Shown here: positions 24,109-37,378 of the stretch, piece after piece | Numbering within the stretch: position 1 is the stretch's first letter | Layout: each line of letters begins with the position of its first letter | Notes under the pieces: model-generated | Database searches by the model: none | Told to the model about the DNA's origin: nothing | What the model saw: only the letters and a program-made list of their open reading frames with translations | Assembly: GCA_964016885.1 (NCBI GenBank) | Contig: OZ024743.1 | Location: 283,650,001 to 283,714,000, forward strand | DNA: 64,000 nt | From: Eledone cirrhosa | Lineage: Eukaryota | Reading direction: 5' to 3' | Translations under genes and position numbers: made by a program

Positions 24109-26640
24109 GTACGTTTTGATGTAAACAAGAGCCGATATTTGTAACGATTCCTTTGAGAAGTGAGAATGTGTGCTGTAGATAACATAACATGACCAGCAAC
24201 TGCGGGCTATCCTCTCATTTTCCTTCTCCGTCTTACTGTTCATTACATTTACTACGCTGTTGATCGGATTAATTTTTCTGCATTGTACTCGAATTTATAA
24301 TTTTATTTCATTCGTTCAGGACGTGGGACACCTTGTTTTGTTTTCATTTTTTTTTTTTTCTTGGTCACTTACACACGCAAGACACTTTATGTCCCATGAT
24401 GAGAGACCTTTTCGTAAGAAAGACTCTTTGTTTATCTTTTTATTTATAATGTTTATTAATCGGGAAAAAGAAAAGAAAATTAATAATACTGGAGTATTTC
24501 ATTATTTTTTTATCGAAAATATAGTAAATAGAATTATTTGTATTTACTGAGCCAGGAAATAATTGTTCGACCAATCATGGAAGAATCGATCTCGTGATAA
24601 AAGAATTTTAATTTTCTTGGACTGTATAATAGCGAGTTGTATCAGTGTAAAAAAAAAATCCACCGTATTCTCTTATAGTAGTAACAATTGTAGTAATGAT
24701 AATAATTGTTTCAATGATAATAAGCTGATGTTGAATGAGTTAAGATGAATTGCCTCGAAAGTACTGGTACCTTACACAACAGTAGCCCTCTCATAGACCC
24801 CGACCTGTTTTACCGCTACATTGATCTCATGACAAACCATTTGGGTTCTAGAATTTCCAGAAAACGAAAGTCCATTGGCAGGATAAGGTTTGTTTATATA
24901 ATAATACTTCTTCGGATATATTTTTTTTCCTTACCTTTTTTGTTATTGTTATTGTTCGCTCCTTTGAAAAAAAAGTTTGTTGGAAAATTATTTTTGCTGT
25001 TTGACTGCTTGAGTAAAAAAAAAAATGATTTGGAGACTGTTGGACACTGTTAACTTTGAACATTGTATATGTTTAATATAAAGCCCCCACCCCAATAAGA
25101 TGGTAGTAGGTCCTCTCCAAAAGTGGAATTTAGGTCCCATTTCTAACTGCTTGTTGTGTATTTTAGTAATCAGTGTTAAATACATGATCTATGTATGGGT
25201 TATGGGTATGTAAATGTTCATGTCCTGTACATGATATACTTACAAGTAAAAGATGTAGAATTTGGAGTGAGTAGGCAACCTCAAAATCGTAGGTCCATAC
25301 CAACTGGCCTACCTCCCGCCCTCTCTGGTGTGGTCTATTAATATGGACATGGTGTTGAATAATAACCTCATTTAAATTTGTTTGAACAAAGGGTGGCTGA
25401 GCAAGCATCCAGAACATGTAAATCCGGCAACCTGGATATTCTGTTCTTTGTAGGGATATGCTCTAAAATTGATTGAATAAATGTTGTTTGCATCAGCATG
25501 ACTCTGATGGATATACAAATAGAAGGGTTATATATGTTGGTGTGTCACGAGATTTTGTGCTTAGTCTGATTTGCGAATGAAGAATGGATCTTGAAGTGAT
25601 TTTACTTGTAATTAAGTTGTTGCTGTAATCATGGTGAACAGGGTCTTCCTGCTGTACCTTATCAATAACTCCAAATCACAACAAACCATGGAATAAATTC
25701 TCTCATTGACGAGGTATGATCAAGTAGATCAAGTTTGTAGAAGAGCTAACTCTGGTCTAAGAACTATAAAGTACTCTTCATAAAGCAAAAACTGTTAGAT
25801 GCAGTGTGATAGACAGAGTATTTGTGCTTCTTTTTCTGGATATATTTGATTTAGTTTCAATATAACAACATAGCACAGAGTGTTGGTCCTAGTGAGACTT
25901 TGATATTGCAGCAATATTGGTATGTGTGTGTGTGTGTGTGTTTCAATAAGGTAAAAGGGATGGTGGCTGTAAATGGTAGCATTGTAAATATATCTAACTG
26001 ATTGTGGACTATGGGAGCTCTAATTGCAGGAAGCATGTGTGTTGGAGCTGATTGCATCCAGTTATTTGAAACAGGGAAGGAAGAGAAGTCACTTCAACCA
26101 TTCAACAAAACAACTAAATCTCCCTTCCATCTCTAGAATGAGAGCGACGTGTTTAAAACTTTAAATATTAGGAGAATCGATTACAGTAACCACTGGATGT
26201 TCATGTCTAAAATACTGGTAGAAAATTAAATTCCAAACTAACATCCATTTGTCTTAGTATTTCAACATTGTGCATATGCATGTATGTTTATTCTTATTTA
26301 TACTATCAAAAGTTGACTGGCTATGCAAATTCAGTATTTGTATAAATTGTCCAAATAGAAAAATAATATCAGCAGCTAACTCTGAAGCGTCTCGATTTCT
26401 TGACCCTCACCACCTCATGTATAATATCTGTTATGATTAAAGTACACTTTTAGTATTTTAATCATCATCATCATCATCCCATTGATATTTTTATTTTTTA
26501 ATCTATGTTGCTGAAACATAATTTTTTTTAAATTAATATTTCAGTAATCTTATAATTGTTGTGTACACAACTGGATACAGTTTTATGTACCCTGTATATG
26601 AGCAGTTTTCTATTTAGGTTTTTGAGTTTTCATATTATAT

Positions 26641-26940
26641 ATGGCGAATTATGGCAGAGTCGTTAAGATGTCAGATAGAATGCTTTAAGGTATTCATCCT
26701 ACCCTATTGCATGCTCTGAGTTCAAATCCTGCTGTGGTCAACTTTGCCTTTCATCCTTTCGAGGTCGATAAAAAAAAAAGTAACTGTCCAGTACTGGGGT
26801 TGATTCGTCCTCTATGGAAAAAAATTGGCTGTGTTCAAACCTGGAGAGGGTTGGGCTCCGCCAGGTTAAAAGTGCCCTAGACACGCCATATGACGGTGCC
26901 TCTATGACTCCACAAGGAGTTATGGGATCTTTATCCCTTT
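26641..26940 (+). mobile_element. tRNA-derived SINE, long-tailed subfamily
   Basis: tggcagagtcg A-box-like, gagttcaaatcc B-box-like, gcctttcatcc core, 3' ...gactccacaaggagttatgggatctttatcc. Confidence 0.82.
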
Positions 26941-27754
26941 TATTATACAGTGCTTAGTATGTGCTGTATGTGTGTAATTCCTATTATTTTAGTTACATAT
27001 TTATCTACATCTTTGAACACTCCCAAGGCACTTATTATCAGGAATGTTTCTAGCTATCTCTTTTTCCAGGTTTTATATTTCGGCAGTTTTCCAATTTCTT
27101 TTAGTGATGTATTGTCTTTTGTTGGACTCGATACATTGAAAGGGAAATATTTTTATTTCTAATGCTGTTCCAAGGGCACTACCAAGCATAGCTTTGGAAC
27201 TATTGAAAGAGATTGCTTTGTCCTTAATTCCAAAAGCCAATTGGAAAGCAGAGGGATCCCTTTCCCAGACATAACCAGCATCACCACTCCACTGTCTTGT
27301 GACTAGAAATGGAAAGTAAGCAGTGGTGGCTAACCATTGGAGACAGCAGGAATGGCAAGAAAAGTAAAAAGAAATCCCCCAAAAAGAACTCGCGCTAAGA
27401 AAAATGTGTGAAAAGGAGCCTATCTCTTCCCATGTCTTGTTGAAATTCACAGTTATTCACGCAACAAACAGAAGGCATAAAGGATCTACATGATTGTCTT
27501 GAGATAAATTCAGTGCAGATTGGCAAGGAAACAGGCTCCAGTTACATGGAGCCTGTAAAAGACAAGGTATTAATAATAAAAAAAGATTGAACAATGCTTT
27601 GATGAACTCTACATAAATCATTTTAATATTGCCAAAAAATAGTTAAACACACTCACTGCTTGGTTTGGTTTTCGCTTCAGTATATTTTTATAACAAATTT
27701 AGCTGGCATTCAATAGTTATCATTGATTAACTAACAGTTAAAAATATAAATATA

Positions 27755-28643
27755 TGAGGTGTGTCAGAAAAGTTCCAGGACTGATGTCACATAAGATTTA
27801 TTTCAAACCCAAACTTCACACTAAGAGTTTTCTCCTTCAAAGTAATCCCCCTGGAGTATGTAACTGTAATCTTAGCTCTCTGCAGCGATCAAACTGTTTT
27901 CTTCATAATTTTATATACATGTCCTCTGTTTCAGGTCGTCAAGCAACAATGAGCACAGAGCAACGAACAAACTTGAAGTTTCTGGTACGGTTGGAGAAAA
28001 CTCCGTCAGAAGCACTGGGATTGCTGCAGCAAGTGTATGAAGATGAGACGATGTCACGCTCACGTGTTTTTGAGTGGTGCAAGATGACCCCAGGAGCAGA
28101 AGGCCCTCAACAACCAGGACTGAGGTCAACGTTGAGCGCGTCAGGCAGATGGTGCGTAGCGATCGTCGGCTGACTGTTCGACTGATGGCAAATGAGCTGG
28201 GCATGAATCAGGACAGCGTCTGGAAGATTCTCACTGAAGATTTGGACATGCGGAAAGTCAGCGCGAAGATGGTGCCAAAACTGCTGAATGGTGACCAGAA
28301 GGGTCAACGCATGCAAGTGTGCCCAGACATCCTCGAGCATCTTGAAACCGAACCAGACTTGCTAGGGACAGTCATCACCAGTGATGAGTCATGGATCTTC
28401 GAGTACGACCCGGAGGGGACCCGTTTTGAAGATGTGGATGACATCAAAAAGGCCGTGACGACGGAACTGTGGAGGATCCCGGAAGAATCCTTCCAGGAGT
28501 GCATGCAAGCGTGGCAGAAAATGATGGAAAAGTGCATTAGACTCCAGGGGGATTACTTTGAAGGAGCAAACTCTTAGTGTGAATTTGGGGTTTGAAATAA
28601 ATCTTTTGTGAATTCAGTCCTGGAACTTTTCTGACACACCTCG
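27755..28643 (+). mobile_element. Tc1/mariner DNA transposon, non-autonomous (frameshift plus internal deletion), about 103-bp TIRs, TA target duplication
   Basis: TIR (c/t)gaggtgtgtcagaaaagttccaggactga at both ends; TA at 27753-54 and 28644-45; transposase motifs EQRTNLKFLV, DDPRSRRP, KMVPKLL, ITSDESWIFEYDPE, CIRLQGDYFE; second and third catalytic Asp region absent. Confidence 0.95.
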
Positions 28644-28959
28644 TATATATAATTTTTCAAAGTTCTTTCGTCACGCATTTCTGTGATATCTTCAGTCATT
28701 ATCACTGTTTCCTCCCATTGTGTTTCTATAAGGTTTTTTTTTTTGTTGTCTCTGTTTGTGTGCATATATACTGTTTAATGTGTGCTCATGTCTGAGCCTG
28801 CTTGTGCTTATGTGTTTATATTCTATCTTTGGTCACTAGTGTGTGTTTGTGTGTGGGTGTTGTTATTGCATATGTATATATTTATATTCTATCTTTGATC
28901 ACTAGTATGTGTTTGTGTATGGTTGTTGTATTCCATTCATGTTTTCTGTTCAGCCTAGG

Positions 28960-29900
28960 TTTTTTTAATTTTATTTCTGTGGCCTCCCTAATTTATCTAT
29001 GGGCCGAGTCATTAATATGTTTAGATATCATTTTAACTTCCATGTTTATTTTACCATCATGTTTTAGTCTGGTGTGTTCATATAGTATTGAATTGTCTTT
29101 TTGAACTTTTAGTTCACTCCAGTGTTCATCTATTCTCCTATGTATGTCATTGTTATGTTTCTGCAGACACCCTATGTACATCTTATGCTATAGACTATGC
29201 TTCTAGTTTTACAATTTATTTGTGGACTTACCTTACATACTACGCATTTCTTATTTGTACAGCAGGTTTTCTTAAAGGGGTAAGTTTTACTGATCAGAAA
29301 TTTCATGGTAGTTCCTGGCTTTTCTAGCACTTTAATATTTAAATAGGTTTATCTTAAGGCTTTCCTAAATTGACTAGTTAGTTCACCTCCAGGAGTTGCA
29401 TCCATGAACATGACACTCTGCTATCTCTGGTTGTCATACCATGAGTTGGCTTTCCCTATTTTTTTCCTAGTCCTATCTATGCTATTCCATGATTTACTCC
29501 TGTACATGCCTATCTCTATAAGGGTCTTGTATTTCACCATGACCCCTTTGTATACTCTGATCCTGTCTCTTTGGCAGTAGCCAGAGAACTGCATGCAATG
29601 GATGAAGTGTTGTACATGCCTTTCTAGTTCAGTTGGATTGCACATGCCAGACACATTTTTCATCACTCTTACTATACTAGGTTCGCAATCAGGATATTAA
29701 ACTTAGCACTATTGGACATTGCAGAGTTTTTGTGTATTAAGTTGGAGGATTTGGGCTTTCTCGTTTATGGTATGTAACCAGAGTTCAGTGTCTAATACTG
29801 ATAGTCTAATGCTAGAGTGTTTGGTAGGGTAGTCTATAGTTACTTTGATGCTCTGGTGTATGGAGTTAGCTATTTGCTGGATGCTCTCCATGGTGTTAGC
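28960..29900 (-). mobile_element. Decayed Penelope-like element (RT C-terminal part plus GIY-YIG endonuclease)
   Basis: Fragments IANSIHQSIKVTIDYP...VLDTELW, MQFSGY, VMFMDATPGGEL and YIG...RRIDEH...SILYEH...R*IREA, in the order expected for PLEs. Confidence 0.78.
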
Positions 29901-30012
29901 TTAATATATATCAGATTTTTAATATACTTACCCTCTCTTTTTTATATAATTTTTGTTTTTTGATGTATAATATTATTTGTATGTATGTATGGACCCAACA
30001 AAAATTATTATG

Positions 30013-30225
30013 GGCAGTGGATTGGCAGAATCATTAGAATGTCAGATAAAATGCTTTATAGCATTTAGTTATGGTCCTTTACATTCTGAGTTCAAGTCCT
30101 GCTGAAGAAAACTTTACCTTCTAGGGTCTATAAAATAAAGTACCGGTAAAGTGTTGGAGTCGATTTAAATAATTTTCCCTTTCCCCAAAATTGCTAGCCT
30201 TGTGCCTATATTAGAAACTATTATT
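30013..30225 (+). mobile_element. tRNA-derived SINE, degenerate
   Basis: ggcagtggattggcag...gagttcaagtcc...taaaataaagtacc...ccttgtgcc...agaaac then (att)n. Confidence 0.75.
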
Positions 30226-30594
30226 ATTATTATTGATTTATTTAGTTGTCATATTTTTATTGCATGAACTCATTGCAACCCTGAGCACAGTTCTGTGCAC
30301 CTCAGGTATATGCAGTGCTTTGTTTTGGTGTTTCTGTGGGATTAAAAGTACTCTACATATGTGTATAGTTAATAGTAATGCTATTTTCTGTACACTGTAT
30401 ATTTCTAAGTCATGGGATTTGGGTTATATTTTTATTTGCATCTTTTATTATTCCTGAGGCACCTCTTACTATAGTGATTGTTTCTGTTTTCAATCCTTTC
30501 AGATCCTTAGATTTTGATAATTTCTCCATTAGCATCTATTAAGACTAATTTCATCTTACAGTTTGGTAAGTTGACATAAAGTTAATTATAGGAT

Positions 30595-30890
30595 AATAGG
30601 ATAAAGATCCCATAACTCCTTGTGGAGTCATAGAGGCACCATTACACGGTGTGTCTAGGGCACTTTTAAATCTGGTGGAGCCCAACTCTCTCCAGGTCTG
30701 AACACAGCCAATTTTTTCTATAGAGGAAGAATTGACCCCAGTACTGGACAGGTACTTTTTTTATCAACCTCAAAAGGATGAAAGGTAAAGTTGACCATGG
30801 CGGGATTTAAACTCAAAGCATGCAATGAGGTGGGACAAATACAGTAAAGCATTCTATCCGACGTCTTAACGACTCTGCCAATTCGCCACC
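30595..30890 (-). mobile_element. tRNA-derived SINE, long-tailed subfamily (inverted partner of 26641-26940)
   Basis: Reverse complement aligns over its whole length with 26641-26940. Confidence 0.85.
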
Positions 30891-31014
30891 TTAAATTTAA
30901 TTATACAAGCCTGTATAAAACTGTGATCCTTTAAGGTTTGGTAATGCACTTCTCTGAGGTTTGTACCCTAGATGGCTGCTAAGTTGGCCTAATGGTAGTG
31001 CTGACCCTGCCGTA

Positions 31015-31502
31015 CCATCATCACTGTTTAACATCTATTTTGCATGGGTTAGATGGGTTCTCGCATTATAAGGCTAGCCAGGTCAGGTGACCATGTCTTG
31101 CTCATATGAATCTGTTTTGGGCTTGGTTTCTACAACTGGATGCCCTTCCTAATGCCAACCACATTACATTGATGGATGAATATGCAATGCTAATGTGAGA
31201 GAATGGCAGAGCTTGGATGAGCTGAGAGAGAAACTGGGTTTAAGAGGAATTAGAAGTGGTGTGCAAGAGAGAAGACTGCAGTGATATGGACATGTGATGA
31301 GCATGGATGATGATCTCTGGGTGAAGAAGTGCCAAGAAACTTCAGTAGAGGAAGACCTAGGCAAAGATGGTGAGAGGTTAGCTTTGCCTTTCATCCTTAC
31401 AGGTTCGATAAAATAAAGCACCGGTAATGCATTGAGGTTCATTTAATCGACTTTACTCTCCCCTTCAAATTGTTGGCCTTGTGTTAAAAGTAGAAACAAT
31501 TA
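31015..31502. mobile_element. Composite remnant: RTE 3' tail (-), RTE ORF C-terminal fragment (+), SINE 3' half (+)
   Basis: catcatc...tggatgcccttcctaatgccaacc (- strand 3'UTR); LDELREKLGLRGIR...YGHVMSM on +; gcctttcatcc core at about 31385. Confidence 0.65.
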
Positions 31503-33214
31503 TTATTGCTGTTGTTATTAACAATATTATCATCATCTTCAACATAATAATTATTATTATGGTTTCAATAGTTTCAAGTGAATTTTCCACTACTTCTCCA
31601 TGTGTACTTTTATAGTATTGGAAAATATATTTACATTGCCATGATGATGTTTTTTGTTTTGTTTTTTGTCATGTTATTTATATTCTATTAAGTCAAGTGA
31701 GTTTTTCACTCCATCTCTAAGGGCATCACCACAGTGTTCATTAGGTATGCATAGCATTGTTTCCTGTAAGTTTTCAAGGGATTTATAGGTCATGATAATG
31801 TTTGTTTTCTTTTTAGAGATCACTATGATGTTATTATGTGAGCTTTTTTTTTTAGGATCGTGATCTTTATGATTGTTTTGATATTGCTCTTGTATGTTGT
31901 GTAAATATCAAATGTATGGAGAAGCATTGAATGTGTAAGTTATGCTATTATGTTTAAAGTCTTATATGTGCCGTGAATGTTGTGTTTACTATATTGAGAT
32001 TGGGTATTGTAATAAGAAAGTCATTATCTGATAAGTTGTACTGTTCATCGATTCCTATCACCAACTACTTTACAGAGTGGACTGGGTGCACTTTATCATA
32101 CTGCTAACACTAGAGAGTTTATCTTCAGGACTTTAAAGACCTCTCTATCTTGTATCAGTTTTTATGAGTGCTCACCTTGAGTTGTCTTATTTACAGTTTA
32201 CATGCAATCTTGTCTTCAGTGTGACTGCGCTCCAAAGTAGATTGCCCTACTGCTTGTGGAGTCCACATCTATCCCTTACAGTTATATTTTGGTGAGTTAC
32301 TGCTCTCCTAGATGAGCTGCCTTCCCTAAGGCTTATGGAGCTTTCATCTACCCTTATGACTAACCACTCTAATTATACAATTATAATTATCAACTAAGTT
32401 ATAGAAATTAACTAATTATAAAGTTAGTTAATTCTTGAAGCCACTGGTTGAATAATTTATAATGTGGATATGGTTTTGATCATTTAAAGTGAGGTTATGG
32501 GTATGATCATATTTAATTCAGTAAATGGCCCCCATTAAAGCAAATCAGATGCATGCTGTGTTCTGGAGGGGAGAGCATAAGCAAATTCCTCACAGGCAAA
32601 CAATTTAGATATAAGCTTTTCTGGGTAGGAAGTGACAATGGGGTAAATGGAGTAGATATTTTACTGAGAAGTGGATAGATAAGGTAATTTAAGTAGTTAG
32701 AGTAAATATTAGAATTATTAAACTCATGGTCTCTTTTGTGTTTGATGTTAAAGATAACTGTATACTTAAATTTTACAAGACCAATGCCAACCACTTTACA
32801 GAATGTACTGGGTGCACATAGGCATTGCATCAGCACTAGGAAGTTGTCATGTCCTTGATGTGATTGAAAGGTCTATCCTATATTGGTAGAATCATAAAAT
32901 CATCATATCATAGATTAGACTCTCATCATTTATTAAAGTTGTGATCATAATAATATAACTGTTCTTATATTTTATGTATAAGAGTCTTATGAAGGCAATG
33001 TGTTTGCAGAAATGTTTAAGCCAGACTGAATATTTTACAGTATTTAGCTCTGTTCCTTGACTTTCTGAGTTTATATGCACTTGTATTGATTTTAACTTTC
33101 ATAAAGATATCTACCAGTGATGTATTGAAGTTTATTAATTAGACTCTACCACAACTCTAAAGAAATTGTTCTTGTACCTCATCAAAATAAACCAAAATTT
33201 TATGTTGATGACAA

Positions 33215-34215
33215 GATTGGCAGAGCATCAATCTATTTAGTTAAATTCTGAAGTCAAATTCCACTTGAGTTAACTCTGTCTTTTGTCTTTAATCATTCCT
33301 CAGTCAATAAAATAAGTACAAGTCAAGTATCGGGATCAATTTAATCGACTGTGTCTTCTCCTAAACATGGCAAAAAGGGGAGCTACTGGCAAACACTATG
33401 AGTTGGCTTTTTTTATTGTCCAATAAAGATAACTTACTTATATATGACACTTTAAAAAAAAGGTCTAAATGTTCCAAGGGAGTAACATTTTTGTTAGAGA
33501 ACCATATTCCTAATGGAATTCAAATTGTTTTACCCAAACTTGCCTAAAGCACTGTCCCCATTACTCAGTTTTCCTGGGAAGTATCACATCTCAAGTCAGT
33601 TGAAGTCATTCTGCCATGTCTGCTTAAATTGCAGCATTCAACTTCTATTGATGCAACTGCAATAAAACAAAATTATGTAAATCCCTCTTGTAAAGGGGAG
33701 GCCTATTATCAATTTATCTGGCTCTCTACCAAATCTATATTGGTAGAACTCTGAATGAAATAGTTGAGGTATTTATGTTGGGAGTTCAAATATTCTTGAC
33801 ATTATCTTTGTCCTTCTTGGGTTGATAAAATAAGTATCAGTTAACTGCTGGATTTACTTAGTTGACTTCTGCTTATATCAAAAGTCATTGAGTTTAAATC
33901 CAGCCAGATTCAACTTTTCTTTCATCCTCCCAAATATGGTAAATAAGTACCAGTCAAGTACTTGGATCAATTTAATCAACTATATCCTTCTCGCTAAAAT
34001 TGTAGGTTTGTACCTGTTTCTGAAACAGAAACGTGCTGAAGAAAAGAACTTATGGTATTTAGTTACATTTCTTTACATGTTGAGTTGAAATTCTTTTACC
34101 TGTCTTCCTTTCAAGATTGATAAACTATGTATCAGTCAAGTACTGGGTTAATTTAATCAACTGTAGCCCTTCCACAAAATGTGTAGCATTGTTTCAATGT
34201 TAGGAATCGTTTTTA
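33215..34215 (+). mobile_element. Cluster of highly degenerate SINE copies
   Basis: Recurrent gagtt(c/t)aaat...tcatcc/cttcc...ataaaataagtac(c)agtcaagtac...atcaatttaatc motifs. Confidence 0.6.
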
Positions 34216-34729
34216 TTAGGAGAGTTCTTAGCTTGTTTGACTACTGCTAACCGAAGGATTGGTTGTTTATAGCCTTTCACCATCAACTTGCTAGCCTAGT
34301 ATCTTTAGCCTTAGATAGTTTCCTTGAATATGTATAGTTAAATGCTTCAAGAAGTAGGAATACTGCATAATTAATAACTGCTTCATTAGTTTATATTGCT
34401 GAATTCAGGTCCTCGTGGTTGAGCTGGAAAGGAAACAGGATGTTACTTTTGTTCTCAGCTTCATATCAGTGTTCTCAATTATTTTGGACAGTATTGCCAT
34501 TAAATTTCATATTAGTTCTGATTAGAGTCTGTGTGTAATGGCTGACGTGCAGTAACTTTTTCATTGCACATAACCTTCACCATTAGGTTGACATAAACTG
34601 ACTTTCATAAATATTGAATCTGCAATCATCATTGTTAGAACTCAAATCATACCATAGCTAATTTTCCCATTCATCCATCAGGGGTCAAATAAAGTATTAT
34701 TTACAGAACTAGCATTGATTCAATTAACT

Positions 34730-35455
34730 ATTGTTTTTTATATTTTTATTGGATTGGTCTGGAGAAAGGGACTGTATGGCCTTTTCATGTACTCTGAGAC
34801 TGACAAGTTTGATATAGTCAATGTTACTTTTCAGCATTTGCAAATCTACAGCTGCAAGAACAAAATGTGCAGGAAAAGAATTTCAGAAGGATGATATTCT
34901 GGGAGGAGGGAATGACTGAGTATAGTGGCTAGTCTGAGACTTGGTGGGGATACTATGGGTGACAAGAAAATATCTGTAGAGTGCTGAACAAAAATAATTG
35001 TGGTATTTAGCCAGTTCAGGAACAGATAGTAGCTCTGGAAAAGGTAGAGAGAGGAGGCATCAAACCTGTAGGCCTAAGGCTGGAACGTGTTAGTAAATGA
35101 CTTTATGTCAGTCGGTTGGGTAATCTTCTTTTGGATGTAGTCTAGGATGTCTGTATGTGTAGCAGCAACACTGTCCCTCAATGCGCAATTGCCCATTGTG
35201 GGTCTCACCTGAGCTTTGTAGAGGAATAGTGATGATTCGGATTGAAGTATTTTTTCTGGCTCTAAAGAGGAAGGCCAGTCTTCGATATATTGAGTATGTG
35301 TGTTTACAGGAGAGATTCTCAGTGACAGTGAGATGTAAGCAATTGTAGTGATCTTAAGGGTTCTAGTTGTATGGTGTTCCTGTTTAGAAATTGTGCGATA
35401 CAATAATGCTCTATATGTGTTGTGATGGTTTCTTTGTGCTGTTGCAAAAGACAAG
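34730..35455 (-). mobile_element. Decayed LINE 3' fragment (CR1/Jockey-group-like)
   Basis: LFLYKAQVRPTMGNC...THTDILDYIQKK in ORF 35074-35454 resembles the post-RT motif LYKxxVRPxxEYC. Confidence 0.6.
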
Positions 35456-35564
35456 TTAGGAATCTCAATTGAACAACGTTTTGGGTGTTTTTGTTACCTC
35501 TCTCTTAAATTTTTGTTGCCTGTGTTGAAGCAAAAAATCCTCATTTTCTTTTCCTCTCTTGCAG

Positions 35565-35642
35565 AATCCAGGATGCTGTACTACATATCTTCCAGAGACG
35601 GCCATTACCATATTCCTATTACACCTTACAATCAAACTTGAG
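35565..35642 (+). CDS. PRR5: PRR5/Protor-like exon (IQDAVLHIFQRRPLPYSYYTLQSNL-R)
   Basis: Polypyrimidine tract plus tgcag acceptor and AG|gtaaga donor; resembles the HbrB-domain start of vertebrate PRR5 as I recall it (IHNGVIAVFQRK). Confidence 0.88.
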
Positions 35643-36592
35643 GTAAGATATTCTATAATATTTTTGTATTTATAAAAATGATTTTATCATTTAGACATTT
35701 ATTTTTTTACTTTTATGTGCTGTGATTAGCAAAATTTTACCCATGTGGCCTGTGGCATCCTTCAGTTTATTGGAAGAGTATGAACTACACTTCTTCACCA
35801 ATATCCACAGTGGCTCAATTTTCCATTGTACAAGGAACAGTCATTGATGCACTTCATGCAAGGAATGCTATAGCTTTTATTGGCTGTTTTCCCTTAATGA
35901 GTCTTTGGGAAAGCAACTGCCCTCCTTTCAGGATTCTTGTCTGAACCAATGCCATAGTCTTTGCTTGAAGAGTATGTCTATGGATTGTATTTCAAGATCC
36001 ATAGACACCATGGAATTGGAACCCATGACCATCTAGGCGCTGTTTAAGATGTATAAGATATGCAATTCTGGCTGTGATCAATGACCCTGCACTTATTTCA
36101 CAATGAATATACCACCATGATAGCAATAAAAGAAAATAAAACTTGGGAAAAATGTAACAGAACTGGAAAACTTTTACAAAGACAAGTGTTCCTCCAAAAG
36201 ACAAAATTAGTAAAACTGGAGAACTGTATTATAATGAGAGGAGGTGAATGCCATAACATGGGTACAAGTGAAGACTTCATGTAGTTAGTGTATCTTATGC
36301 AAATTATCTTGTCAGAGTCCATCTCTCTCCTAGCTATACAGTAAGAGTGTTTGAACATAACATGCAATCAAATGAAACACTTGCTAAGTTTACAGTACTG
36401 TTTCTTACAACAGTAAGTTACTTCTATTCTATAGCTCTTATTTATAGAGCATTGATGACCTTCTGGGTGATTGTTTGATATATTCTTGATTCTCAATATA
36501 TTTCAAAGCAACTGCAAAAAGTGGTGAGTACTGTCCTTCTTCCTTTAACTAAATTATATAATTTGTCTTATTTCTCCAACTTATTATTTCAG

Positions 36593-36641
36593 ACGTTTAA
36601 TCCGGACTGATACTGGACCAATTATCTATGACTATTTCAAA
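36593..36641 (+). CDS. PRR5: PRR5/Protor-like exon (RLIRTDTGPIIYDYFK)
   Basis: tttcag acceptor, AA|gtaagt donor, phase 2 to 0; parallels RQLLKTELGSFFTEYLQ. Confidence 0.88.
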
Positions 36642-37320
36642 GTAAGTACAAACTGTTATTTCTTCAAAGAACTAAGTATCTTACATAGCATAAATGTTTG
36701 TTTGTTTTTCCCAGATTTGCATTCTCTGGAACTTCCTTGTCACATATTTCCCCTACAGCCACTTACTCACAAAAATTTTAATTAAGTATCAAACTCTTTT
36801 TCATCATATAATTCCTGCATTTCTTCTAGAATTGCCTTTTTGAGAAGTTTCTGATTCTATTTCTTCTTTATAAATCATATCCAATATGGGCAGATAAATC
36901 ATATCTCAAGAAGGACAGGCAGGAATGATTTCTTTTCTTCTGAAGTTTTAAGATTTTTAGGCAAAAGCTGTGACTGTCAAGCCTTTTCTCAATGTAAGTG
37001 AAATAGAACTAAATAGGAATTGAAAACCCAAGCTATGTGATTGGTTCACCACTGTTTAAGGAAGAAAAGCTTGCGTATTGCTCTCACTCCCAAATGATAA
37101 AAACTGTTTCATACATAGGAATAAAACTAGAGATTTTGATGGGAAAGGAAAATGAGATTGGGGAAGTACAATGTCATTGCCATCCAGAGGAGGGGTAAAA
37201 CTGTAAACCTTTTCTCCTTGCTGATAAAGTTTTTTTGTTTTTTTTTCAGAACTATATTTTAGGGTATGATTAATCTAGTTCAATTACCATTTTTGTTGTT
37301 GTTTTCTTTTTTAAATTTAG

Positions 37321-37378
37321 GATCAGCTCCTCAAGAAAGGAATGGTGATATTACGGGAGTCAATGAAAAATTTAAAAG
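37321..37378 (+). CDS. PRR5: PRR5/Protor-like exon (DQLLKKGMVILRESMKNLK-G)
   Basis: tttag acceptor, G|gtttgt donor, phase 0 to 1; matches the conserved QLLxKGMVILR motif. Confidence 0.93.

Noticed and set aside
32520-32720. YKLFWVGSDNGVNGVDILL fragment as a host exon (similar piece near 62700-62770)
   Set aside because: It matches the RTE endonuclease segment YKLFWVGNDDGLGGVGIMV of copy A, so it is a decayed LINE scrap.
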